64,000 nucleotides of DNA, from NCBI GenBank assembly GCA_951406725.2, contig OX597814.1:35340001-35404000 (forward strand), read 5' to 3'. Source of the stretch: Octopus vulgaris. Taxonomy: Eukaryota. The position numbers and the translations under genes were made by a program. A model generated the notes under the pieces. It worked only from the letters and a program-made list of their open reading frames with translations. It had not been told where the DNA came from and searched no databases. Shown here one piece after another: positions 14,325 to 28,080 of the stretch (position 1 is the first letter of the stretch; every line of letters begins with the position of its first letter).

Positions 14325-14985
14325 GTTGAGTTTCGCTCTTGTCAATGGCATTTCTGACCTTCCCTCTCGCTATGACCTCTCAGATGACTATTCAGTCCCG
14401 CTGCAAATCTGCATAGTTTGAAGTATTGATGATAGGCAAAAGCTGCAGGTCTCTCTGGATTGATCGGATCACTTTGTGAAATGTGATCCCTGTTAAGCGG
14501 CGTATGTCTCCTCAGATCTGAAATTGACTTGTGAGCCCTTTTTCGCACTAACAAACCTCGAACTGCACGGTCGTTGCATACAGTTAATTTTTCTTGGGAC
14601 GTCAGATGGGTGACATACCCAACATTAGAAAGGGATACACAGCCACACGTTACATACCTCCAGCACATTATGTTCTCATTGAGATTATGATGACACTCCC
14701 TCCGAGGCCAGGCGCTTTAGGCTTTTGTACTCAGGTCGAACCTTTTCAAAAGTCTTACAATCAGCCATAATACGCTTCCTCCATTCAGTTCCTTTCAAAG
14801 CTAGGTCTTCCCGGTTATTTACATTGATTTGCCGCCCTGGATATAGGACTCTTGTTCTTGCGCTCCAGGCTTTTGGGGGTGTATGAAAGCCCTTCTTAGC
14901 CACCATTATGTTCTTGTCCATTCTGATTCGGAGTAGTAGCACCTGTCAGGGTCCCAGCCATAGGCTAACCAGCATATGTTATGAC
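14325..14985 (-). mobile_element. RTE-clade LINE 3' remnant
   Basis: REDLALKGTEWRKRI and terminal KLCRFAAGLNSHLRGH, typical of RTE C-termini; frameshifted. Confidence 0.65.
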
Positions 14986-15156
14986 ATGCATACACACATG
15001 CATGCATATATACATACATACACACATACATGCATAATGCATGCATACATACATAATTACATACATGCATGCATACGTACATACGTACATGCATGCATGC
15101 ATGCATACATACATACATACATACATACATACATGCATAATGCATGCATACATACA

Positions 15157-15285
15157 TTATTATGGCTGCCCCATAGTTATCGAGTATGGCCATTGCACGA
15201 AGCTTAACAGTTACTGGTGCTGTGATCGAATGTGACTTTTTAGCCCAGCTAAAGAGCTACAATATCTTGTACAAAATTGGCAACT
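15157..15285 (-). mobile_element. RTE-clade LINE extreme 3' end
   Basis: CQFCTRYCSSLAGLKSHIRSQH zinc-finger-like terminus, short UTR, then an (ATGT)n tail. Confidence 0.65.
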
Positions 15286-15421
15286 ACATGCATACATACA
15301 TACATACATACATACATACATAATTACATACATGCATGTATACATACATACATTCATACATACATGCATACCATACATACATACATACATACATACATAC
15401 ATACATACATACATACATACA

Positions 15422-15453
<32 letters not shown>

Positions 15454-15459
15454 CATACA

Positions 15460-17875
15460 TAGTGATTTGAGATAGAGAAGAGAAACTGTTTGCAGTTACG
15501 AGAATCAGCTGCCCAGCGGATGTTAACATAAACCTAAAGATCAGCGGCAAAGAAAGCAGCTACGCTGAACTATTGAAGAATCTGCAGCTACTCTATCCAG
15601 ATTACAAGTTCAGGCTTATACCTGTAATTATTGAGGCGCTGAGGTATGTAACACACTGGTTAAATACCAATCTTCAGAAATGAGGCTTCTCAAAATCAGA
15701 AAGGAGAAAGCATGTTTAAACCTCTTCCTCCAGGACCATTCTGAAACTAATAACATTATTACAGCAGAACAAGCAGCTGGGAAGAAGGGAGTCTGGGCAT
15801 GAGGTGCGAGAGCATAGGAGGAAACTAGTTTCGATGTTGCTAGACTACAAGAAAGCCTTTGAGTCTCTTCCTCACTCATGGATGCTAGAAACCCTTCAAC
15901 TTGCTAAAGTTCCAGTGAAAATAGTCAAAGTCATAGCTTCATTGTGGGTCACCGTCTTGAAATTAAACACGTAGTGAATGCATTATCACCGATAGAATAC
16001 AGTATCGCAAACGTATATTCCAAGGAGACAGTCTCTGTGTGATGTTTCTGTAAACCCCTTGTCATTCATGTTAAGGAAATCTGAAGGATATCTCACTGGT
16101 TCACATGGAAAAAGAAATACCAAAATTACACACTGTTTCTTTGTGGATGACTTAAAACTTTATGCAAAGAATGTGCACGTGATAAAAAAAAGAGCCTTGA
16201 CCTAGTTACAGCATTCTCAAAGGATGTAGGATTGGAGTTTGGTCAGGATAAATGTTGTTATATGGTTGTGAAAAGGGGGAAAACTATAAACCAGACTAGT
16301 ATAACCACCATTAATGATTTGACTGTATCTGACGAGGAATGTTACAGTGGTGGATGAAAATATATCATACAGTGACACCTGTAACAAAACACGTGTCACA
16401 AATGAATATTACAGCCGAATAAAGAACATCTGGACCTCAGAACTCTCTGCATTCAATAAAACAGTGACCCACAAGGTGTTTGCAGCGCTAGTACGCATAC
16501 CAATATTTGGGCTGCTTGAATGGACGCTTGATGAGATCTGAGCCATTTGTGTGAAAACCCGGAAAATACTAACAAGCACACAATTTTCACATAAACAGTG
16601 ACGTAGACCACCTCTGCCTGAAACAAAAACAAGGTGGAAGAAGCTTAACATCGATCCAAAATGCCTTTGAACGTCGCATCATATCCCTTCAGCAACATCT
16701 TTTAACCACCAAGTGTCGAAGTGCATCTCTTGACCAAGTTTGCATGCATGAGGCTGATAACATCATAAGACTTGGAAGGCAGCTTCTTGAGCAACACTTT
16801 TTGTCTGATAACCTAGAATACATGCCCAAATAAGTCACATGATTCTACCGCAACGTATCATCAGATGAAATGATGAGCCTATATGAGCAGAAGACTATGC
16901 ATGATATGTTACTAGAAAGCTCTGTGATGATAGTAACATCGATCATCAAAGCAGTTTATCATGAACCAATAGCCAGATTACCACCTTCCACTTTATAGGG
17001 CATGAGTTTGTAATTCAGGAACAGGAAATATCAACAAGGTACCTGATGCACAAAAGGGATAGGGATGCAGGTAAAGCCGTAAAGTGTGACAACTGATGCA
17101 GACTTTATGGAGCTCACACTGAAGATATCACCCACATCATAAGCAGTTGTCCAAAAATGTCATCACGGTATTATCTAACGATGAGACATGACGTTGTAGC
17201 TATGACGCTCTATACAGAAATCCGTCGGAAGGATAATCTCGAGGACACAGAAATAAGAACCCACAATATGGTAGAAGCCATAGCCACCCATAATATAAGG
17301 GAATACTGGTGGAATGTATCAGTGAAGACCACAATAAAATGCAAGCATTTCAGACCTGATATAATGATTTGGGACAGAGAAGAAAAGCTCTGCACAGTTG
17401 TGGAAATTAGCTGTCCAGCGGATGTTAAGATAAACTATTGAGAAATTTACAGTTACTCTATCCAGTTTACAAGTTCATGTTTTTACCTGTAATTATTGGG
17501 ATCCTGGGATATGTAACTCACTGCTTGAATACCAATTCTGAGAAATTGGGCTTTTCAGGACCATAAAGGAGAAAGCTAATTGGAAAACTACAGATCCAAT
17601 CCATCACTGGAAATGTAAAAATCTGTAAAACTTTCCTGAAGTTTATCATTTAGATATATATGAGTATTCTAGATATGCAACTATATGCATGAGAATACAT
17701 ATATAAAGCAAAACATACAAATCTGCACATGCATACATACATATACGCTTACATGCATACATACAAACAAAAATACCCTATCGTTGATGCTGAAGTTCCA
17801 ATGAAGGAGCCTTGGATCTAGTTTAGAAACCGGTTCTTTCTCTATTGGCAAGAAATCTTGAAATAAACTGAATTA
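15460..17875 (+). mobile_element. 5'-truncated R4/Dong-like non-LTR retrotransposon pseudogene (RT, CCHC, RLE)
   Basis: QGDSL, PLSFML and FVDDLKLYA RT motifs; EDITHIISSCP...YYLTMRHD zinc region; RPDIMIWDREEKLCTVVEISCPAD RLE motif; many stops. 15460-15712 is an extra RLE segment. Confidence 0.88.
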
Positions 17876-17978
17876 TGACAAATATACATATATACATACA
17901 TGCATACATAAATACATACATGCATACATACATACATACATACATACATACATACATACATACATACATACATACATA

Positions 17979-18340
17979 CGCCGCCGCCGTGGTGATCTCA
18001 TTCTCGCCCACATCATCATAAGCGGAAAGTGTAACCTCTCGAAAGAGCTGTTCTTCACTCCTGCTCCAGAGCGTCGGCTGCGGGGTCATTCCGAAAAGCT
18101 CTACCTGCGACGATTTCATCTCAATCGAAGGAGAGGAGTTTTCTCCGTCCGGGTTGCGGATCCGTGGAACAAGCTGCCAGACGAGATGGTGAAGATGCCG
18201 ACGACCGCTTTGTTCAAAGCCTCTCTGGACCTCAAGTGGCCTGAACTCTTTACATGAACACCACCCTGTACTTAACTCCATGCCCCCCTACATGGCCTTG
18301 CTATTTGCTTTTGAGCCAAATTAACTAACTAACTAACTAA
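17979..18340 (+). mobile_element. CR1-clade LINE 3' end
   Basis: Uninterrupted RRRRGDLI...RLRGHSEKL...FSVRVADPWNKLPDEMV...FKASLD reading, short UTR, (TAAC)n tail; embedded in (CATA)n. Confidence 0.88.
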
Positions 18341-19735
18341 CATACATACATACATACATGTAGTATGTATAATGGAGCAAGGATTTTAATATAAATCGCA
18401 TTAAAATTCTTCCATTAGAATGCATATTTGTGCATTTTAGTTTATCACTTGACGGTTACTATACAAAAAATTACTTACAAAACAATAATATTAATCATTG
18501 AATTAAATAGTTACTATTCCTTCGTGAAAAAAAAACAATAGCTATATTGTTATTAACAAAGCGGTGAGGAAAATACCACATTATCTCTGTTACTATTATT
18601 ATTTTTATCATTTAGTAAGTACAGGGGAACAATACTGGACATGACTGAATTTTCATAAATCTGCCTATCAAAGCAAGTTTTCACAGCCTTTTCTGAAATA
18701 GTGATGGGAGAATCACTAAGTATATGCACAATATTGTACGCGAGTAAAAAATATTGGCACATTAAAAAATATTCCAGACAAGATATTTAGATATGCCATA
18801 TGTATGAAAAACCATTCTTGAGTTGGTGTTCGCATACTTAATGCAATGAGTATCAAAAATCTAATTAGAAATAATCATGCGAGAAGGAAAAGACAGCAGT
18901 AACTCAATGAGCTGATATTAATCAATTTAGTAAATACTGGAGACAACTCTGGGCATGTTTCGCTCTTATTATAATTTAATGATTTTCTTGTTTGTTTAAA
19001 TATATTCAGTATCCCTGATTACACATACATAATATTGTATATCAACGACTTTTTTTTAGTGATTCTCTTATCACTATTTTGGCAAACGCGGTGATGGTTA
19101 TGCATTGCTGTAGAGTATCTAATAAAATCAAGGTATGCCTGAAGTTATTTCTTTGTATTTAGAGAAATGATTAAAATATCAGCTACTGAGCTAATATTAT
19201 CTTTCTCATCACCGCATAAGTATTTCTAATGTGAATTTTAATATTCACTAACAATATCAGTCTGATAATTTTAACCATAATATACTTACTTTGCATTCCA
19301 TTCTATCTCAACTTAGGCGTAACAGCCAATCTGTTTTGATCACCACCTAGATTCTTTCGCCACTTAGCGTTTGCTTTCTACTAATGTTTAACATAATAAG
19401 ATATTCTATCTTTAATCACTGTATGAATGAGAATTAACCTGTGAATAAATTTAAACTAAAGGCCTTTTTTTAAAAATTCATTGAGGTATAATGTTTAATA
19501 CTGTTTATATTAAAAATATCGTTTTAACCAAAACTTTTATCAGTTAGTTCCATAATATATTTCTATCAGGTTAATTCTTGCCGATATATAGAATCAAGAC
19601 GTTAAGCTTTTCCATCTTCCATAAAGTCTAAACATGATTCTATGTAGCGACGCTAAGTCACAAATGAATTATTAAGTAAAGCAAGAATATATGCTCTTTT
19701 GGATAAAAATTTGATTAAGTAGCAGAAATACATTT

Positions 19736-20875
19736 CTAACCAAAAAGCTCGTAGCGTTTTTTAAGTAAGATTCATTAACAATATTTAGATAGTTGTGCAT
19801 ACTTTTACTCAGCCACATACTTCCCATTTTGTTCTACTACATTTCACCATCTTTGAGGCAGCTTCGTAATCTCATCTCACAGAACTTGGCATTTTCCTGA
19901 GTCATGAACTGGTTTAAGTGATTTTTACACTATTTTAGAGAATCGAAGTTCTTCCCATTAAGAGAATTTTGCAAGGATCGAAATAAGTGATAATCCGAAA
20001 GTGCAAGGTCAGGTGAGTACGGTGGGTGGAGTAGGACATCCCATCCAAGCTGCAGCAATTTCTGCCTGGTCTGCATAGAAACGTGCGGTCTGGCGTTGTC
20101 CTGGTGTAAGACGACACCCTATCGGTTGGCCAATTCTGGGAACAATAACAGTCTGAATTTAACATCTGATTTCGTGGAAGTAGCTCGTAATGCACAATGA
20201 CCTTCAAATACTATCAGATACAGAGCATCATCTTCGAATACAGACCGGCCTTTTTGAGAGACTGACGGCGGCTCATCTCGTTTTCCCCCCAAGACCTTTT
20301 TCGATTTATGTTGTTGTAAATAATCCATTTCTCATCACACGCGATCATTCTTTTCCAAAATTAACTTTTTGTCTGAGCAGGGAATCACAGATGGAAATGC
20401 GTTCTATTAAGTTTTTCTTTTTTTTCCACGTTAAGTTATGAGGCACCCAAACATCGTAACGATTCATGCAATCAAGTGTTTGTAAATGCTTTATAACGCT
20501 CACATGATATACGTGGAAAATCTCCGTGACGTCTCAGTTTTTTATAGCATGAATTATTATTTTTTTTTATTAAAGTCTTGATTTGTTCATTATGAACGAC
20601 TGTAAACCTGCCAGAACGTTCACGATTTTCCAGGTAAAAAGTTTTTGTTCTAAACCTAGCAAACCATTTACAGACAGTGCTTTCAGCTATGGCACCATCT
20701 CTATAAACAGCACATATCTTCTTTAGTGTTTGTGCAGCGTTTTTATCTTTCCGGAAATAAAAGAGCATTAAATGACGAAAATGTATTTCATTTTCCTTCA
20801 TTTTCAATTTTATCGTAAGAACAGTAGAAGTAGATAATCCACACAAAATTCAAATAGAAAAAAATGCGTTCAGAA
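19736..20875 (-). mobile_element. mariner transposon remnant (DD34D)
   Basis: N-terminal HTH (HFRHLMLFYFRK...STVCKWFARFR) and HQDNARPH...HPPYSPDLALSDYHLF with 34 residues between the two Ds; frameshifted. Confidence 0.92.
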
Positions 20876-20876
20876 T

Positions 20877-21035
<159 letters not shown>

Positions 21036-21794
21036 TGCGCGCGCGATATGTACCTGTCACATGATAAAACAGATCAGCTGAAAAATCAAGAGGTAGAAAA
21101 CAGAATATATGAATAAAGTGGAGGAAATATAGATGTATGTGGAAATCTGTCATTGATATTAAAAATGGAAATGAAATGGAATAAATGATGGGAAAATATA
21201 TACGTAAAAATCGGAAACATTTAAAGTAAAAGATAGTGGAAGTATTGAAATATAATTTACTAGCTCCTATATTTTAAGAAGGAATAATCATATCATTTTG
21301 TGTGGTTATTATCTATAATTATTAACCACACACAACGATACTTAAAAATATTCTAATAAGTTATTAGCAAGAATATCTTAATCTTATATTTATATCTTAT
21401 ATATATAATTATGTATCTTATATATATTTATTTGCAATAATATATTATGCTAAGCATTAAGGTATTGTTTATGAATATATTTGAAACATTCTATAAACTA
21501 TTCGATAACACTATTTGAGATTTCGAAATATTACATGTATTTTAGTGCGTGAAGGAAGAGAAGTACCTGTATAGACTGTGTAGATTTCTCAGACTGATAA
21601 AAGCGATGAAGCAAATGTACAGCTTGATTTCTGCATGCTGATGCTTCTAAGTAAGCAAAGCCTGCGAGAAAATTGGTCCAATTTACCTTTGATATATTAT
21701 TCCCTTATTTCAGAACTACAAACACGACAGCATTTAACTTAAACCAAAATCCTACTCCGATTTTCTATTTCAATTTGGAAATTTGAATTCAGCA

Positions 21795-21965
21795 ATCATG
21801 ACGAGGGGTCCTCCACATTCTTGTTTGACTTGTTATAAATAACATGCAAACCTCCCTCAGATCAAACACTACAGTCATAAAAAATGACTGATATGATGGT
21901 CAAAAATGCAACGCCTTCAATAATAGATTACTTGATCAAAGCTGACATGGGGCCGAACAACAAAA
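21795..21965 (+). mobile_element. Old interspersed repeat with an (AAC)-type tail
   Basis: The TTGATCAAAGCTGACATGGGGCCGAACAACAA end resembles 30-70 and 33670-33720. Confidence 0.4.
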
Positions 21966-22509
21966 ATCGGTTTCAGATTTATGAAAAAGATTTATTTTAT
22001 GAAGAAGTTTGTCTAATAAAATATCAGTATGACCTCACTTAAAATAAGGATGGAATAATGGTTTATTACAATGTGCGCATTTATATATAATACGCGTCTG
22101 TACACTAGACCGTGGAAGATGATCGTTGCGAGATTTTTATCGTAAAAAACATTCACCTTATAGACTTAAAACACATTGTGCCGGGATCTGGAAAATGCCA
22201 GCAGACATTTAAACACGTGTTTTGGTATCGGTACACCGCCTCAGAAATAAAATTGTTTTAGTTGTTTATAGGCCGGTCCACACAGCAGTGTCAATTGAAA
22301 TAACGATGTATAGATTTATATAACAACTTCTTGTGTACTAGAACGTAGAAGACATTCACAGCATAGAGGACGTTCACTGCATTTGCCTCGAAGAGAAATT
22401 TCTCCTTACACACTTCCAGGTAAAATTTCATCTAGTGTACAGAAGCATGCTAAATATAAATGTACACGTCGTTATTTTGATTGTCACAGCTTCATGTACT
22501 TATTATAAA

Positions 22510-22997
22510 CGAGCAAAACGTCCCCCGTCCCGTGGACGGTGCTGAGTTGTCAAACATTTAAACCAAATGTTCTCAAAACAACTTGTCCGACCGTCTCATA
22601 GGCCTCCCTTTTGAGAAATACTGATTTAACCTAAATTTGAGACACCAGCAAAAGAAGAAATAAAGATAGACATTTTTGGTCTCTTAAATATACTGCATTT
22701 TGTGGCATTATTTCAAGCCAGCCGGCTTTTTTTGTGCAAACTGCACGTGCATTTTTCTCGCGTACGCGTAGTATCGATCGCAACAGCTGATGTACTTGCG
22801 CGTACAAATACATGTTCCCACGGCTTTATCGATCGCATTCTCACCTGGAATCAATGTTTGTAATGTTTTCAAGACTTATACACGCCCTGATACCGTCGGT
22901 ATCTACACATCAAATTTGAGCGCAATCGGATGGAGGATGCCCGAGATCCTAGAAGACACACACACACAGACAGACAGAACGGATTTTATATAATAGA
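22510..22997 (-). mobile_element. Non-autonomous Helitron-like element
   Basis: Minus strand starts TCTATTATATAAAATCC plus (CTGT)/(GT) microsatellite and ends with hairpin CCGTCC-ACG-GGACGG then CTCG. Sits between A and T with no TSD. Confidence 0.7.
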
Positions 22998-23245
22998 TTA
23001 TGAAATATAGTATCTATATAAATGCCAACTTACAGTAAAAAAATTCATCTTTCAGTGGAGAAGTACACCAAGTAGCCTGTAAGATTCTAATATAGTATTT
23101 TCATCAGAGACACATTTACTGTAATAGAAGTTAATTATTCAATGAATCTATTTAATTATGAACATTTATAGTTATATCAATCTCTCACTTTTTCTCTTAC
23201 TGTCTCTTTGTTTATCCTATGTCATTATCGCAATCACTCACTATT

Positions 23246-23439
23246 CTTTTCTATTCAAGGCAAAAGGCCCGAAATTTTGGGGGAGGGGGCTAGTCGATTA
23301 GATCGACCCCAGTATGCAACTGGTATTTAATTTATTGACCTCGAAAGAATGAAAAGTAAAGTCGACCACGGCGGAATTTGAACTCAGAACATAAAGACAT
23401 AAAGCCCGGCGTGCTAACGTTTCTGCCAGCTCACCGCCT
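23246..23439 (-). mobile_element. SINE family A (internally deleted)
   Basis: Family A head and core; 18-bp TSD TCGCAATCACTC(A/C)CTATT at 23228-23245 and 23440-23457. Confidence 0.87.
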
Positions 23440-24260
23440 TCGCAATCACTCCCTATTTCTCTATCACAATATTTACATATATAATTGTGTGTGAGTGTGT
23501 GTACATTTGTGCGCGCGTGAGGACAGATATAGGTGTGTACATGCATACAGATATGTCATAAATCTGATTTTTAACTACAAGTTTTCATCACAGACGTATT
23601 TTTAAACCAAGAAAATATATATGTATTTACTCACACGTGTACACACTTCTGTATATTCTGTTAGGTGAGGAAGGAAGTACACCCCCCCACACACACACGC
23701 TATATATGTATATGTGTGTGTGAGTGTATGTGTGTATATACACATGTGTGTGTGTGTATAAAGCATCCACACAGTTAATACACCCACGTACTCACATAAA
23801 GCAAGAAAAATCTCTTTTGTGATATACTTGTTCAGACTTGAAAATAACAGTGTAATCACTGTGCAGCCCAAAGCAGAAAAGACTGCAGAAGGTACTTGAT
23901 GATTTTGTCTTTGTTTAGTAAACAAAACGTGCTCACGTTGGCATAACACATAGAAATTACAGTGACCTTTCCTTGCCATCTATTTTTAAGATTCCTTCAT
24001 GTAGATACACACGCTGAAAATTATATACATTTATAATTTTCTGAGTGCTTCTCTGAAGAACACTTTCTACTTCATTGTTAGTCTCTTGTGGCTTAAAGAA
24101 ACTAAATCAAATCCGTTCCCCACGCTAACTTTCAAAGTGCGTGACGCATTTGGTCTGATATGTGCATATAGGTATACATATATGAGTGTGCGTGCTTATG
24201 TATGTGTGTGCACATGCATGTGTGTTCATGTATAAGCTTATAACTTATAAACTTATATTA

Positions 24261-24316
<56 letters not shown>

Positions 24317-25115
24317 TTATATCCATGCATGTGCGTATGTAAGTGTATATATGTGTATGTGTATGTGTATATGTGTGTGTAAGAATATCTGCGAATGCTT
24401 GTGTTATATTTATAGTTTATGACATACACATATACGAACACAGGTATCGCAGTAATTGCATGGTCTTTGTATATGTACACATCTGTATTTACATACTCAT
24501 GTAGTCATACATACTTGTATATATACCTAGAGATAAATATATTCCAAGTATAGAAAAGCAAAGCTTCTTTTAGATTCTTTTAACGCCTTCGATCAATGTT
24601 TACTAGTATGAAGAGGAATATACATGTATATATGTGAATATTTAACAAAAATAATCTTCGAGAAATAGCTCAGAGTGGCCAGCGGCGTGTATATGAACGA
24701 CATAGACAAATGAGGGTATGTCAAATACAATGCAGCCTACATTCTTGATTTATAAATATTTCTCCGACGCTAGAAACTGCGTCACAATTACTAAGCAGTA
24801 ATTGAGAACAGCTCTGCATAAGTAGGGAGATAATCACAAGAATCGAAAGTTCTCCAAAGCTGACATGCCATTGAGGAAGGAAAAGGCCAGGATTATTGTC
24901 TTGAGATAAGAGGACAGTCGGGGACTCGTGTTTCTACCGCAGTAGGCGTCGTCATCGCGACACTTGTCCTAACTTATCTCCAGCAGCCTTGGAACACAGA
25001 CGTACACTAAAAGAGAACACATTTATGGTCTAGGTAATTTGCATATATTAAACGAAACTGGGCAAAAAATATATAGTTGCGAGTATCACATTCGAAGACA
25101 TCTACACACACATAT

Positions 25116-25159
<44 letters not shown>

Positions 25160-25161
<2 letters not shown>

Positions 25162-27480
25162 GGCCGACCTCTCGTGACCAAGGAAGACCATTGCTGACCT
25201 TCAAGAACATTGTGCGATCTAGGACTAACTTATATTTTGCATTTGCGGCTCCATTGATGGCTAATAAGCCCTTGACAAGCATACACGATTGCAAGCATTG
25301 CAGACCAAGCTTTCCCTACACCAGTAGTGCGCTTTCGAGTAGCACGCTTAAGTTCTTCCTGCAGAATACGTGCTCTATCAAAAGTGTCAACCCTCTCTTT
25401 AACCTGCTTCCTCCATCTATGGCGATGACAGGCATTGCTCTCCCAGTCAGTCTCCTCCATATCACAGGTATTTAATGAGGTCTTCACATAGTCCTTAAAT
25501 CGCAGCCTTGGTTTCTGCCGGGGTCTCTTTCCATACACAAGTTCCCCGTATAGCATCTGCTTAGGAATCCTGTTATCCTTCATTCTAATAAGGTGTCTAG
25601 TCCTCAGTAACTGGTACTTGTGCACCATCGTCTCAATACTCAAGATATCAGCTGTCCTCAGGGCATGTGTGTCTGGAGTTTTTAAGGTTTAGCCAACATT
25701 CAGAATGTGTTTGAGACATCTCTGATAAAATCGTTCAAGGATCCTTAAATGACATTTGTAAAGGGTCCATGTCTCACATAAGTAAAGGAGCGATGTCAGT
25801 ACACGTGCACGGTACACAGCAATTTTTGTTTGTTTTGTGATGCCATGCTGGGATCAGACACAAGACTGAAGAGACCGGAAGGAATCAGTTGCTCTCTGCA
25901 GTCTGAAATATATTTCATCATCCAGGGAGCAAGAACGACTGAGCGTGCTGCCCAGGTAGACAAACTTGTCTACTACTTTCAGAATTGTTCCAAGATAGCT
26001 GGTTCTACTTATGGATTTCCTGGTGCAGGCTGGAACATTAGAACAGTCTTGTCCAGGCTAATGCTGAATCCAAACGCCTTGCAAGAAACAGAAATACGAT
26101 TCATAAGTAACTGCATGTTATCCACTGTATGAGTGACTAAGTCACAGTCATTTGCATAAAGGAGGTCACGAACAAGAGATTGAAAAACTTTTGAATTGGC
26201 AGCAAATCGGCGCAGATTAAAGAGGTGGCCAGAAGATCGATACCTGACATATATTCACAGAGAGCTAACCTTAGCAAAAGCATTAGTAAAAGCAGCAGCA
26301 AAGTACAAAGAAAAGAAAGGTGGGGCAAGGATGTCACCTTGCTTGACACCATTCTCTACAGGAATGGGCCCCGCCATGCCACCACCAACATTAACCCAAG
26401 CCTCCATCCCATCATGAAAGGATTTAATTATAGATACAAAATGATCCGGACATCCAACTTTGCCAAGTATTTTCCATAGCAAGGCTCTCTTCACAGTATC
26501 AAAGGCCTTCGTTGAATCAATAAATACCTGGACATGATCCATATTCTGCTCATAGCACTTCTCTTGCATCAGTCTTGCTGTGAAAATCATATCCATTGTC
26601 CCTCTACCAGACTGGAAGCCACATTGAGATTCAGATAGGACATCATTTACGAGACACCCATTCAGGCGAGTAAGGAGAATTTTTGTCAGAACATTGCCAG
26701 CAGCTGATAGTAGAGCAATACCTCTGTAGTTACCACATATTATTCTGGCTCCCTTTTCCTTTGTAGAGAGGAAGAATAAATGCACACTTCCAATCCTAAG
26801 ACATTACACCATCCCTCCAGACTGTACTAATAAGTTCATGAAGGGACTGTATGATATAATCACCACCAAATCACAAGACCTCAGTGCATATTCCATCCTT
26901 TTCAGGTGCCCAACTAAGATTCAATTTACTTATTGATGTCATTACTTCATCTATTGAGGGTGTGGAATTTAAGGAGCTAATGATAGGTCTTTGTTGCATA
27001 GTATCAATCAGTTTCATCCACAACTGACTCATGGTTTAGGAGTTCAGAGAAGTGTTCAAACCAACGACCTGTGGTTTCTGTTGATTTAGTAAATAGAGTG
27101 AAGAACTCTTTAGAAAGCGAAGAAGCTGATGTGGAGCTCTTAGGCCCATCAACTTGCTTCATAAGATGGTAAAGCTTCTTGCTGTCTTTGCATCAGCAGC
27201 AGCTTCAACATTACGAGCCTTAAAATCCCACCAAGTGCGCTGCATCACTGCAGTAGTGATTTTAAACTGCTATAGTGGGCAAGTGCCAGATTTCGCTGCA
27301 CAGCTGAAAATCCTCTGTGCAGCAATACGTTGTGGGTATGGTCCTTTAGAGCCAATAGTTGCTGAACTTCAGCATTATTTTTATCAAACCAGTCTCTGTG
27401 TCAGACAGTAGTATATCCCAGTGTTTCAACAGCACATTGAAGAACCTGGTCTATAAAATCTTCCCATACTGTAGTATTTT
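25160..27480 (-). mobile_element. RTE-clade (BovB-like) LINE remnant
   Basis: GNYRGIALLS, ESQCGFQSGRGTMDMIF, FIDSTKAFDTV, GVKQGDILAP, RMKDNRIPKQMLYGEL; 3' end abuts (TG)n. Confidence 0.93.
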
Positions 27481-27486
27481 CAATGC

Positions 27487-27590
27487 TGACCCAGACTGCC
27501 TTCTTCCAACTGTTAAACATGGAGGAGGATCTGTGATGATATGGGGGGGGGGGCTATATCTTGGAAATCCGCCGGCCCAATGGTTTCCCT
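27487..27590 (+). mobile_element. Tc1-like fragment, same family as 7258-7945
   Basis: DPDCLLPTVKHGGGSVMIW...WKSAGPMVSL, near-identical to the 7493-7840 protein. Confidence 0.88.
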
Positions 27591-28066
27591 CTCTCTTCTC
27601 TCCCCATGTGACCGGTGTTTCTTTCTTAGTTCGGCCGTTGTCCGTGCAACATCTATATTCTTCCCTGTGCCTGCAAAATCTTGTATCACTGCCGTAAGGC
27701 TTTGCTTCCACACACGCCAGCTTAATTTAATTCGTCCTTAGTCGAAAGACACCTGTTATTATGTCCTGTTATTTGTATTTGGGTAACATTCTCCGTTTTT
27801 CCGTCCTCGTTTTCGTATACATTCGCTGCTTTTTTTTCCCAAGCAATCTAATGCTCTTAGCTTATTTTTCCTTCGGACTGGCCAGATTGGAGCAATCTGG
27901 AGTATAACCAGCTGAAATTGTAAAGATAATCTGGAACTCAACTGAGAAAAAAACTCGGAATGACCTGTCCTTGTTTTCTTGATATCATCTATCTAGATGT
28001 TTTGTTGTCCCTTTCTTGTATCACCTAACTGTCTGGATGTTTTGCGTTCTTGTCCCATTTTGTATT
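27591..28066 (+). repeat. Non-coding interspersed repeat, copy 1 (possibly PLE terminal-repeat derived)
   Basis: Directly repeated at ~28350-28845 and partly at 41079-41281; each copy ends in (TA)n. Strand assignment is arbitrary. Confidence 0.75.
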
Positions 28067-28080
28067 ATATATATATATAT

